A stretch of DNA of 64,000 nt from Ramazzottius varieornatus (taxonomy: Eukaryota > Animalia > Tardigrada): the NCBI GenBank assembly GCA_001949185.1, contig BDGG01000018.1, positions 124,001-188,000 on the forward strand. Direction: 5' to 3'. How positions within the stretch are numbered: position 1 is the first letter of the stretch; the number at the start of each line of letters is the position of its first letter. Of this stretch, positions 38,127 through 48,851 are shown piece after piece. The notes under the pieces are model-generated. The model had not been told where the DNA came from. It worked only from the letters and a program-made list of their open reading frames with translations, and made no database searches. A program made the translations under genes and the position numbers.

Positions 38127-38494
38127 TACTGATATATCGATAAAATATCGATACGGCGCGAAACGATATCGCCGAATATTCTATTGCGTTGTTCGATATG
38201 ACCTTCATATCGATATTTTCGATACGATAACTGCCGCATATTTCATCGCAAAGATTCGATGTATTTCGATACGATATAGGTACACCGTATCGTTGCCAGC
38301 ACTACACATCTCACAGGTAGGACCGTATATACCGTAGAGGCGTGAAACATGGAAGCGGTAGAGGCACTTACCACTTTGGTGAACAACACCATTGGCCGAT
38401 ACGCACAGAGGCCACGCCCCGGGAGAGTCGGTTACTCGACTGTTAAATTGATAAGATTCCTAGGTAATACTAATGATGAGCATTACACGCAGAT

Positions 38495-38579
38495 GGTCTG
38501 TGTGATGTAAAGTGTAATGCAAAATAGTGTAATTGTAAAAGTGCAATTACATTTTACACCAGTTTACATTTTACAGACC
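38495..38579. repeat. Short fold-back built from TGTAAA/TTTACA motifs
   Basis: GGTCTGT...TGTAAA vs TTTACA...ACAGACC. Confidence 0.5.
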
Positions 38580-38665
38580 GAGCGGTTTGAAACGCCTAGA
38601 AGTGTCAAGGAATGACGGAAACGACGAAACAGCTACCTCTATGTTTGCCTAGAATATAGATCTTA

Positions 38666-41013
38666 CGAGGGATTAACGCCAATCGGTTCCCTCTGACGAG
38701 ATTCAGGATGCGCAGTCTAAACAAAAGGTCCTAAAAGAAATTCTGAAATTAACTATGGGAAGAGGAAATTAAGTACAAGTTTGCCGCTGGTGACGTAAAC
38801 GGCATGGCCAAATCAAAACGTTTGATTGTTCGGTAGTTGATTTGCCTTTGATTGAGTACTGGTCTGTACTGATCTTTTTCAGCCTTTAAGTGACATCTTT
38901 TTTGAAAACTCATTCAATCTTTGCAAGAGTCTTCCGTGCAACATGGACGTCGTCAACCCGATAAATGTTCTCAAGCTTCTCGAAGTGGATTATAGACAGA
39001 CTTTACAGCCTGACGATGCCCCAAGTGAAGGTGATAAGCTGTTGAAGGAAGTCCTCAAGGGTAAGACTGATTATGTAACTCAAATCGAAATCATTGCTAA
39101 AAACCATGTCGGAAGTTGGTACTAACCTGTCGCTGTCTAGGTTTAACTGACGAGAAGGTTGCACGAACTAGCACACCTCTACGAGCAATCGAAGAAGATC
39201 TCCAGTGTGATCTGCAAATTGATCATGCAACGTTCGAGGATTTTGAGAAGTCTATCATTAGCTTGAACTTGTTGAGCGCTCCTGACGAAGCGGAGTTCGA
39301 TGACAACGTGACGACCGAGCCTCCTTCCAGCGGCACTGAACCTTCTCAACATGAACTGTTCGCTCCAAAGATTCTAGATTCAAGAGCCGAAGCCAGTCAG
39401 ATGATTGACTTGAACTATAAGAAACGTTCGGTTACGTTTTGGAGAAACGCGACTTCGAAAAAACGACGCAGTCTCACAGCAGTCCAAAATCGATTTACAA
39501 GAGTAACCGGTGTCCGTCAATTTCAAGATTGGGAGAAGCATGTGGAAGCGGGTGGTTCACGTATGGACAAGCTGAAAAGGCTTAGACTGGAAACTGGCAA
39601 GCAGTTCTTTTTGGCGAAGAAGAAGAAGCATGTGGTCAAGGATCTGCATCTTCGTCGATGGGGACTTACAGCATATCAGGCCGTAGGTTTGGAGGGGTTC
39701 AAAGCGTCTCCTGACTGGATTGGAAAACTAAAACGGTATCTTTTCATATCAGTTTGTAGCGATAGATTTGTTATCTATCGTTAAAAATAATCAGTTAATT
39801 AACTATTTCAGGTATTACAGTATTTGCGATCGAAAGATCACGAAGTTTGTGACTGAAAAGTCCATCTAGAAACTTCCAAAGGTGAAACAGATGCCGCCGA
39901 CTGTGTAGCTCTCGTCCGATCAAGGACCGCAGATTACGGACTGGACTGTCTGTGAGATACGGATCAGTCAGGTTTTGAATATGAGATGAGACCTGGTCGT
40001 ACGTTGGATATTTGTGGTGTTAAACACGTGGAAGCTATAACCCAGTCCGAAAACTCCATGACTCATAGTTACACCGTAATGATGACTGTTTCTCCTGGAA
40101 CTCGCGAGTTTCTTCCAGAGCTTTTTCTGACGATGCAAGAACCAACGGGAGTGTTTGGGCCAATTGTGACTCGCACGATGTTCAAAGCTGAAGATTTGTA
40201 CGTGACGGCTTCAACATCAGGAAAGATGACTAAGAAGCTCTACTTGCAATGGTGTGCTGAGGTCTTTTTTCCTCATATGGTGGACCGGTGCATTCTGCTG
40301 GCTGATTCCTGGACGACTTTGAACGATCGAGACTCTGTGATGGAACTAAAACCTGACAACTTGGAATACGAAATGCTTCGAATCCCACCGAAAGTGACCG
40401 GAGATATTCAGCCTCTCGATGTTATGCTTTTCAGAATGTACAAAGGATTCTTCAAAAAGATTTCTAACTTTGTGATTCTGCGCAACCTACCTATCCAAAT
40501 GCATCACAGGGATGTAATACTTAAATTACATTCGTTAATCTATCAGCAGTTCCAATCTCCTAGATTTAAGAATCTTGTTCTCGCAGCTTGGTACGCATCT
40601 GGATACACAGATGAATGGATACGTCAGCCCTGCCGAGTTTTGCTTCGATAAGTTGACTAGTCATTGCTTCCACGAAAACTGTAAAAACACTGTCATATTG
40701 ATTAGCGGTTGGTGCAAGGGTCCTCTTTGCTTCTCCTATTTCTACGATGTCTACCACCTCTGTGAACTATATATTGCTTGGTTTGTATTGACACTTGGCA
40801 GGGTTTTGCATACAGTGTGCACTGTAGATCAGAAAGCAAGATTGCCGTTTACGTCACCAGCGGCAAACTTGTACTTAACTTCCTCTTCCCATAATTAATT
40901 TCAGGATCTCTTTTAGGACCTTTTGTTTAGCTCAATCTGTGAAGGAAACTGTCCTCTATCAGACTGCGCATCCTGAGTCTCATCAGAGAGGACCGATTGG
41001 CGTTAATCCCTTG
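38666..41013 (+). mobile_element. Tc4/Tc5-like DNA transposon, full length, defective (copy 2, a different subfamily)
   Basis: TIRs of about 140 bp (CGAGGGATTAACGCCAATCGG / CCGATTGGCGTTAATCCCTTG; the right TIR has an extra 32 bp at about 40931-40962). TTA duplication in a CTTAG target. Confidence 0.92.
38943..40780 (+). pseudogene. Transposase of copy 2; introns 39061-39140 and 39736-39811; DD37D-type spacing; C-terminal Cys/His motif
   Basis: FKASPDWIGKLK, DQSGFEYEM, LADSW...IQPLD (37 residues between the last two Asp), CFHENC..WCKGPLC..HLC. Stops near 39867 and 39953, plus frameshifts. Confidence 0.9.
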
Positions 41014-41247
41014 TTAGTAACTGTCCGCGGCGGCTGCTGAGTTAGTCCGCATTTTGGCACGCCGTTGTTTGCTGAAGGCGACGTACTGCAGCTCAACAGT
41101 GATTACCTGTACCTGTACCCTTCTTGTTCCAGAATCCCTCTGTGTCACCACAATCATCGTCCCAAAGTTCTACGGCAGAGCTGTGACAGTAAGTTTGAGT
41201 GAAGATTACCGTTATCCTCTGCCTACTTCACCCAAAGCTCAGCGAAG

Positions 41248-43645
41248 ATGGCTTGTTGCGGCAACGTTAATGGCAGGGTCCATGCTGCCTCCTCTGCCTC
41301 CTCTGCCACTCCTCTGGACTTCATGAACGGACCTCCAGAGAGGATTATGTACGTGACATGTCTCCAGCCAGCCGAGCCAGAAGATCGTAATGGCAAGTCG
41401 GACTACCTGGCCACCATCGATGTTGACCCAGAGTCGCCCACTTACTGCCGGGTCAGAACGCAAAGTTTGCTTGATGTTCCACCGGAAGTCGTTCTTCTTT
41501 ACCACTTTGTGCTGATTGAATCAATGAGATATGTGCTTATAGGTTCTGAATCGACTGTATATGCCGGAGCCGGGAGATGGTGGGTGTTTCCAGCCATTTC
41601 GTTTCACGCTTTGTGCAATTTTGATCAAGAGTTTCATCTGTCATTTCTGGCAGAGTTGCATCATTTTGGGTGGAATGCTTGTGTCAGCTGCCCTGATCGG
41701 GAAAATGCCCACAAGTACCTCATTGTTCCCGGCTTCTTCTCCGGCAATATCCACATCATCGATGTAGCTTCAGAGCCGCTAAACCCAAAGCTTATCCATG
41801 TAAAAAGTCATTTTTCATTGAACTAGTTCCCTTGATTACTTTTCACGACCGTACCTGATGATTGCAGTTTGTCAAAGGCAGCGTGATTAAGGGCAAATAC
41901 GACGCTTCCCATCCTCACACGGTCCACTGCATCCCATCTGGCGATGTCATGGTTCACACCCTGGGAGACGCGGAGGGCAACGCCGTGGGCAAGTTCTACC
42001 TTCTGGACGGCAAGACCTTCGAGCCCAAAGGTTTGTGGAACACGGGCAAGGAGAAGATCATGGGCCACGACTTTTGGTACCAACCCCGCTACAACATCAT
42101 GGTCTCCAGCGAGCTGGGAGCCCCCAAGAAGTTCACACAAGGCTTTGCAGCCACTGATATGGCTCTAGGTAATTTTATAGTAATCAGCCAATAGTCTTCC
42201 ACATCGTTTTCTCAAGTGACACACGCTTCCAGCCAATATCACCATTAAAGTGCGCCACTTGGGAAGAGGATCTGGTGGATCTTGTTTGCCGAGCTTTCAT
42301 ATCGCGAAATCTGCATTTGGTTCCACGTAGGTTATTACGGTAGCAAATTGCACTTTTGGAATTGGCGGGAACGAAAGATCGAAGAGACGGTGGATCTGGG
42401 TTTGGTGTATGGTGCGTTGGCCATGGAGATTCGCTTCCTGCACAGCCCCAATGCGCCACATGGCTATGTCTGCACGGGAGTGGGATCAGCCATCTATCAC
42501 ATCACCAGAAACGAAGTGCGCTTTCTAGAAGGTCTCCCAGCTGAAGGACCAACCTGGGGCATCATAATTACGCATTTTGCTTTTCTGCAGGAACAAAAGT
42601 GGACTGCCAACAAAGTCATCAATGTGCCACACAAGGTCGTCACCAACTGGCAGCTTCCTTTCATGCCAGGTAAATTTTTGTGTGGCCTCGATAACGATGC
42701 TGTTTCTCAGCTGAATACGGAAGACAAAAAAGTGTGTCTGAAAAGGTTTGTATGTCTGGAGTTTTACGAAATAAAAATTGAACAAATGAAAATGTTCAGT
42801 TTATCCATCGCGGTGTCGACTTTCGAGACTGGAAAAGAATGATTTTACTTGTTTGTAGGTTTGGTCACGGATCAACTGATTTCTTTAGACGACAAGTATC
42901 TCTTCTTTACATGCTATCTGCATGGCGATGTTCGCCAGTATGACATTTCCAACCCGGCAGAACCCAAGCTTGTCTCCAAAGTACGCTGTCCCAACTCATC
43001 AATGGACAGTCCACGGAAATATGGGCGCTGATGATTAACCATTTGTTGTCTGTGCTTTGTAGTTCTACGTTGGCGGAAGTACTTGCCCAGACACAGAAGT
43101 GCACGTCGTCAAGGACGAAGAGCTGGAAAAGCAGCCTGAACGACTGGTGGTCAGAGGCAGACCAATCTAGTAAGTCACTGACGAGTTTCAGCCACCTGCA
43201 TTCATGAGCTCGTACCATTAGCTTGGCTGTGCTGTATGCATGGGCACCCCGCACCGCTGACCGATCTTCCCAGAGAGATCGATTCTTGGTCTTTGTAGTG
43301 GAGGACCACACATGGTACAGTTGAGCCGAGACGGCAAGCGTCTGTATGTCAGCACGTCCATCATGACTCCATGGGATAAACAATTCTATTCCTCGTTAGC
43401 CAAGTAAGCGCACATTTCTCTCCCAGTAGCTGATTGCTCTTTCTTTGTTGCACCGGTGCCAGTTCGATATCAGTGCTGTGCTGCGTAGGAAGGGCGGCGT
43501 GATGATACAGCTGGACGTGACGGCGCAAGGGCTAAAGCTGAACGAGAATTTCCTGGTGGATTTCGGTGAGGAACCCGATGGACCTTGTCGTGGACATGAG
43601 ATGAGGTACCCGGGCGGCGACTGTACCTCTGACATTTGGCTTTGA
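41248..43645 (+). CDS. SELENBP1: Selenium-binding protein 1 / methanethiol oxidase
   Basis: [103 protein letters not shown]. Multiple GT-AG introns. Confidence 0.96.
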
Positions 43646-43975
43646 AAGACGCCTCTCTTCAACTGGTCATGCTTCTCCCACCTGGCCAGAAATGACCCTA
43701 ACCAGATTCTTTACACCGCACCATCATATTCTGGTGTTTGTGACGTGCCTTGTTGCCTCAAAGTTTGATGGTCTTATCATTTAGCTTTCGCATCACTTTG
43801 TTGTGAGCTTTTAAAGTTTATACAGCTTTTTCAGAAAATACATAGGTAACTTTTCACAGAAGTCTTCCAAGTCCAGGCAGCAAATAAACAGTGACAATTT
43901 GAGTTGGGACCGAAAGGCCGTACATGTGGATATCAGTGGCAAAATGCGTTTTGAATAGCGAATTTGCCGGGTCCT

Positions 43976-44260
43976 TTAATGACTCTTGCCTCCAGAGCTA
44001 CCTCCGCTTGGTCCTTCGCTTTGTCCTCCGCTGTGTCCTCCGCTATTTTGGCCACTTGCAGTTGTGGAGCTCTGGCTCCCAGTACCGCTGCTTCCACCAC
44101 TGTGTCCTCCAGCTTGTCCGCCCTGCGATCCGGAGCTTCCAGTATTCCCTTGGCTTCCTTGGTGGCCCCCACTCTGCCCTGTCTGTCCCTGGCTTCCTTG
44201 TCCAGACTGTCCGGACTGTCCGCTTTGGCCGTGGCTTGCTCGTCCGCTCTGGTCAGCCAT
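43976..44260 (-). CDS. Small Gly/Ser/Gln-rich intrinsically disordered protein 1 (94 aa)
   Basis: AAAATG start, GQS repeats, no L/I/V/F/W/Y/C. TATA-like box at about 44381-44390 and a 5'UTR splice donor at about 44335. Confidence 0.7.
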   Translation of the reverse strand: MADQSGRASHGQSGQSGQSGQGSQGQTGQSGGHQGSQGNTGSSGSQGGQAGGHSGGSSGTGSQSSTTASGQNSGGHSGGQSEGPSGGSSGGKSH

Positions 44261-44765
44261 TTTCCGTTAAAGGGAGACTGCTTGCATCAACTTTGCACGC
44301 CGAAAGAAAAGTGTTGGGCTACAAAGAAAACTTACAGTAACGTTGCTGAAACGGCTGCTCTTCGTCGAGATGTGCACAACTTTATATAAAATTCTGAGGA
44401 GGTCGTAAAACTGGTGCGTATCGCTGTGGGAAATTACCTAGCTCGAGCTGGCGGGGAATTACCCAGACTGAGCCTGTGAGCCATTCGTCAAAATTAATTC
44501 TGTTAGCGATTTGAAGCAAGAACCTTTGGACGCTGTTAACTACCAGATAGCATTGTAAAAGGATTTTCCACTGACGGTCTTGCCCTGTATTGACAGACCG
44601 TGGCTCGAAACGCACTCGGTTGGCGATCACGCCAAAGTTCTGGCAATTTATTATCAATGTAAGCTGGAAGAGCAACCTATCCGACAGCAAAGCATTGATC
44701 CGTAGCGGTAAGTCAGTAGCAACCTGACATTCGTCACAGGAACAATAAGCTGCGAAACTGTAATC

Positions 44766-44970
44766 AAGGAAGGAAGGAAGGAAGGAAGGAAGGAAGGAAG
44801 GAAGGAAGGAAGGAAGGAAGGAAGGAAGGAAGGAAGGAAGGAAGGAAGGAAGGAAGGAAGGAAGGAAGGAAGGAAGGAAGGAAGGAAGGAANNNNNNNNN
44901 NNNNNNNNNNNNNNNNNNNNNNNNNNNNNNNNNNNNNNNNNGGAAGGAAGGAAGGAAGGAAGGAAGGAAG
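44766..44970. repeat. (GGAA)n microsatellite containing a 50-N gap (44892-44941)
   Basis: Read directly from the sequence. Confidence 1.
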
Positions 44971-45212
44971 CCACTGGTCCATGGAATCTTGTGAAAGATC
45001 ACTTCCGGCAGGGAAAAACAAACAAGGTGAAGAACTGCCTACAGAGTTGTTCATATTGTTCTCCATCACCGAATGTGGCGTGGCAGATATTCCGGTACTT
45101 CGCCATTGCCCATTTCACAAATACCAGCGTCGAATAACAGTGAAAATATCTTGTAGAAATTACCGACAGACGAGCGGAAATGACAGAGGCAGGGAATATT
45201 CCAGAGAGAATG

Positions 45213-45530
45213 CTATTGCAAGTTCTTTGAGCCTTTGCCGACACCTTGGCCACTGCCACCGCCACCAGCAGTGTTGACATCCGTACCTCGAGTGCCTTCT
45301 CCGTGAGGCTTGCTGGCCGCATCCATGTGCCCACTTCCGGCGTCAGCGTGTCCCCCCGTTCGGCCGGGTGTCCCTCGGCTCTTGGTCTCCTCAGTCTCGG
45401 CACCCTGTCCACCCCGGCCAGCACCGTCCCCGCTGTCACCAGTGTCACCGTAGCTGCTAGCTCCACTCTGGATACCCAAGTCCTGGGCATTCCCCTTGTT
45501 CATGTTGGTGTTCTTGCTCGACTCCGACAT
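45213..45530 (-). CDS. Small Gly-rich hydrophilic disordered protein 2 (105 aa)
   Basis: Acceptor tag|AAAATGTCGGA, N-terminal NTNMNKG. Candidate TATA (TATAAA) at about 46188 and donor at about 46119. Confidence 0.7.
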   Translation of the reverse strand: MSESSKNTNMNKGNAQDLGIQSGASSYGDTGDSGDGAGRGGQGAETEETKSRGTPGRTGGHADAGSGHMDAASKPHGEGTRGTDVNTAGGGGSGQGVGKGSKNLQ

Positions 45531-46537
45531 TTTCTACAAGTAAAAGCAGGCGTCACTTGACAATGCATCGCTCATCCATCAATGAATGATAATTTTATGT
45601 CATCGAAAGTCACACAGCTACTGATCCGGATGGTGAGTTTCCATCAGCAACCAACCGTACGCGTTCGCGGGGCGACGCGAGCATGAAACCAATTAAAATA
45701 AAAAGGCACGTTCAAATGTGAACGCATCTGTCACTTCCGGCAGACGCTCTGGACACTTTCCCCCTCCATCCATTCTGCTTCTTCCATGCAGAATCGCGAT
45801 CATGCAACCCAGGAAAGAGCAGAACTCACCGGCGGCACGGGGATCAGATGAGTATTCCTGGGTAAGAACGGAGCTGCTAATTAAGTGAGGAGGAAACGGC
45901 GAATTAATTGAGTGCTGTGCTGTCGCATCGGCTGAAACTCGGCTCATTGCTCATTGCCACTTCGCCAGTCGACGTCGGCGACGGAAAGGACGTCATACGC
46001 CACTTCATGACGGCGAACCACGCTGCAGCTGGGCGTACAACCGACTATTTGTGCAGCTCCACGCGCAGTTCCAGAAGTGACAGGACCAGAGTGATTCCTC
46101 GCTTTTTGCCGATACTACCTTTCACAGCAACACGGCAACAAAGTGAAACATCCGGATGGAACGCGGACGAGATGACGGATGCTTTATAGAGAGAATGCTG
46201 GCTTCCGGTTTGCGATTGTGGCAAGCTGAAACCCACTTCCTCTTTCCCTCCTTTTCTCACTCAGATTACTATTTCACCATCGCGATGCTTCCGGAATCTT
46301 CCAGTGCACAATCACGTCCTCGAACTTCAAACGATAATGAGAAGCACGATAATTTTGTTAGAAATGTTTTACCTCGTCCTGTTCGATCGGGATGATGGAC
46401 GATCACCGACCTGAACGCATTCTACCATCAGAATTCGTGAGCACCGATTCAACAACGCCGGCTTAGAACAGGAATTATTAGCGGAAAGAGTAAAACAAAG
46501 GCCTAAAACGTGCAACAGAAAAGATGACATGAAATTA

Positions 46538-47014
46538 CTAGTGGCTAGAGCTGCCTTGGCCAGGGTGGCCAGCTCCGCTGCCACCGCTACCATGAGGCTT
46601 GATCTCACTGGAGTGCGAGCCAGCGCCACTGTTCTGCTTGCCGCTATCCTGTTGATGGCTTCCGCTACCCTTGCCGACGTTACTTCCGGTGTGCATTTCG
46701 CTTGCAGCGCCTGCACTACCCGGCGCCTCTTTGGTGCCATCATTGCCACTGCGCCCGCGATCCCCGCTGGGTCCAGTGCCACCAATGGTCCCTTGTCCAT
46801 CAGCGTTGTTCTGTCCTCCCGTGTGGATATCCTTGCCACCGCTGGTGCCAGTGCCACCGGTGGGGTTGGCTCCAGTGTTGGCTCCAGCGCCACCGGTAGG
46901 GATGTCGCCACCCTTGTTGGGATTCTGGTTCGACTGAGGGCCAGGTTGGCCACCTTGGTTGTTGCTGCCCTTGTTGACGTTGGTATTTTGTCCTCCAGAG
47001 CTACCGTCCGACAT
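46538..47014 (-). CDS. Small Gly-rich hydrophilic disordered protein 3 (158 aa)
   Basis: Acceptor cag|AAAATGTCGGA, N-terminal NTNVNKG shared with protein 2, 5'UTR donor (gtaagt) at about 47290. Confidence 0.72.
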   Translation of the reverse strand: MSDGSSGGQNTNVNKGSNNQGGQPGPQSNQNPNKGGDIPTGGAGANTGANPTGGTGTSGGKDIHTGGQNNADGQGTIGGTGPSGDRGRSGNDGTKEAPGSAGAASEMHTGSNVGKGSGSHQQDSGKQNSGAGSHSSEIKPHGSGGSGAGHPGQGSSSH

Positions 47015-48851
47015 TTTCTGCAAGGAAGGCAAACGCTCAACGGGGACGGTCCAGCAGACCTATAAGACTTAACTTGCGGCAAATTCCCAACGAACTAGCC
47101 AGTGGTTTTGATTGATTTCTTCATACACAATCATACCAGCCAAGACAGTAACCATAGCACGACAAACTAATCAGCTCAAAATACCCCACAGGAAACGCAA
47201 TCGAGTCGACTGCTGCTGCACCTTCCCGTAATCGAAGCGATCCCTCACGTCCCTGATCTAGCCTGTAAAGTAAGCAGCCCTGGCACTTACCGGAAAGCTG
47301 AGTAGTTCCTTGATGAGAAGAAAGCCGAAGGTGCAAAGAGTCCGGATTGCTGAGGGGAATCGGAAGTCAGAAGGCACTGGAAGTCGGAAACTAAACGAGC
47401 AAGACGGTAACACGGCTGTTTTCATGCTGTACCGCACCGGCTGCCATCAGCGCGTACGACCACTCGTGTCACTCGGTGGACGCAGGCCCCATGCGAAAAT
47501 CCCCATGGAACGTCACGTTTTCGTACAATCGTCATGTTTGCAGCGACAGATGGCAGCACTTCTGATGGCGCTGCCCAGATTCAGCAAAGGAACGGTTGTT
47601 TGGTGGTTTTGATGTTCGACGAGCTGGTTGATTATCTCCGCTCGTCCAGAAGCCCTTAGCTGCTCTGGCATCATTTTCTTTTGGTATAGCAGTGAACGAA
47701 TCGTATCTCTATCATAATCAAGAGCAAAATTTGGCAAATTGCATTAAGACACCGTATGACGAATTTTTGTCACAACGGAAGACCCTCGAAAAAGACGACA
47801 ACTTTCGCAGATTTTCAGGCATTTTTCAAAAATCGGTTTCTTGATCTTGTCTACTTTTTCTGTGCTGTTAACAGTTGAAACACATAGGAAAATAATCAGG
47901 CTACCTGCAACATGCTTAAGAGCTGAGATATAACCCCCCGAATCAGAAGTTATACTTTTTGACGTGGAAGGGGGTTTCCCGGCAAAAAGGCCAAATTCCG
48001 AGTTCCAAATTTATGTTGTAAATCAGCTCGACTTTGTTGTCGTTGTTTTCGGTTTTATATGATGAACCAAACAGTTTTACACTCTTCAAATTGAAGTTGG
48101 ATTTTGCCGCTTAGAAATAGGGTATGTGAGATAATTGTTTCTCCTTGGCACAGCGTCTCCCTGCCCGAAGTCAAACTTTGGGTTGTTCGCGGGTTGTCTC
48201 TCACTGAACTGGAACGTGTTATAATTTCATGGAATCAGCTTGACACGCTGTATGATACACCGTGAGAACCAAGGAGAAACTATCTTTGTTGATTTTCTGA
48301 AGCGCTATGGCAGCGATGTGGCCCGAACGGGCTGTAGCTCAAACTGCATGGCGCACAGATCTAAATTGAGCCGCCCCAGTCTTCGGCACGTTTGCCGTCA
48401 ACCATGACAACTAAAGGTCTAAAATTCGACATTACACAGGGTTACTTGTACACTGTACAATCATGGATCCGATTCGTCCACGACGGTCAGTAGATTTTAT
48501 TGTGCTAGCACACTCCACAATCTAGGACGGTTCTGTCTTTTCAACTACATAATATGTATCTAAGGGACATAATGACCAAGCTAAGGATACGGATTTCGCC
48601 TGACCTTAATCCTGGAACGGAATTCGGGCCGAATTCCGGTCTAAAGCTTATACTCCGATGCGGAATTCCACGTGCTCCGAATCGGGATCAGCCGGAAAGG
48701 AACGGAATTCCTCTTTTCCAGGCGACATTAGGCACGGAGCGGAAAACAGAATGCGTGCCCTTATATTAGGCTAAGCCACCTCACTGGCAGCGCCCATGCA
48801 TCGATTGTCTTTTTCTGCTTCGTGCTTCCTTTCTCTCTAGATCCATCGTGC

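Larger units (their letters stand above)
34584..38304. mobile_element. Composite element with hAT-type termini (TAG...CTA, 8-bp TSD, CGATA subterminal repeats) carrying a Harbinger/PHIS-type gene pair
   Basis: TIR TAG(C/T)GCTGGCAA. TSD catatctc (34576-34583) / cacatctc (38305-38312). Inner inverted match 34669-34698 vs 37525-37554. Dense CGATA/TATCG arrays. Confidence 0.8.
34347..38317. mobile_element. Host MITE of about 250 bp (TA-flanked), split in its right TIR by the 34584-38304 insertion
   Basis: Left TIR CCTGTGAGATGTGACA. Removing the insertion and one TSD copy rebuilds the right TIR TGTCA(C/T)ATCTCACAGG. TA on both sides. Confidence 0.75.

Noticed and set aside
38664-38680. Mariner-type TA-CGAGGG terminus for the large elements
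   Set aside because: The right flanks are not TA. Three related elements show 3-bp duplications, and the transposase is DDE_1-type.
44382-45069. (FLPS)n repeat ORFs
   Set aside because: Translations of the (GGAA)n microsatellite running across an assembly gap.
43924-47082. Long overlapping ORFs over the Gly-rich genes (e.g. 46529-47065 +, 46369-47082 -, 44999-45490 -, 43964-44389 +)
   Set aside because: Shadow frames produced by GGN/CAR/AGY-rich codons. Only the Gly-rich frames have AAAATG starts and splice context.
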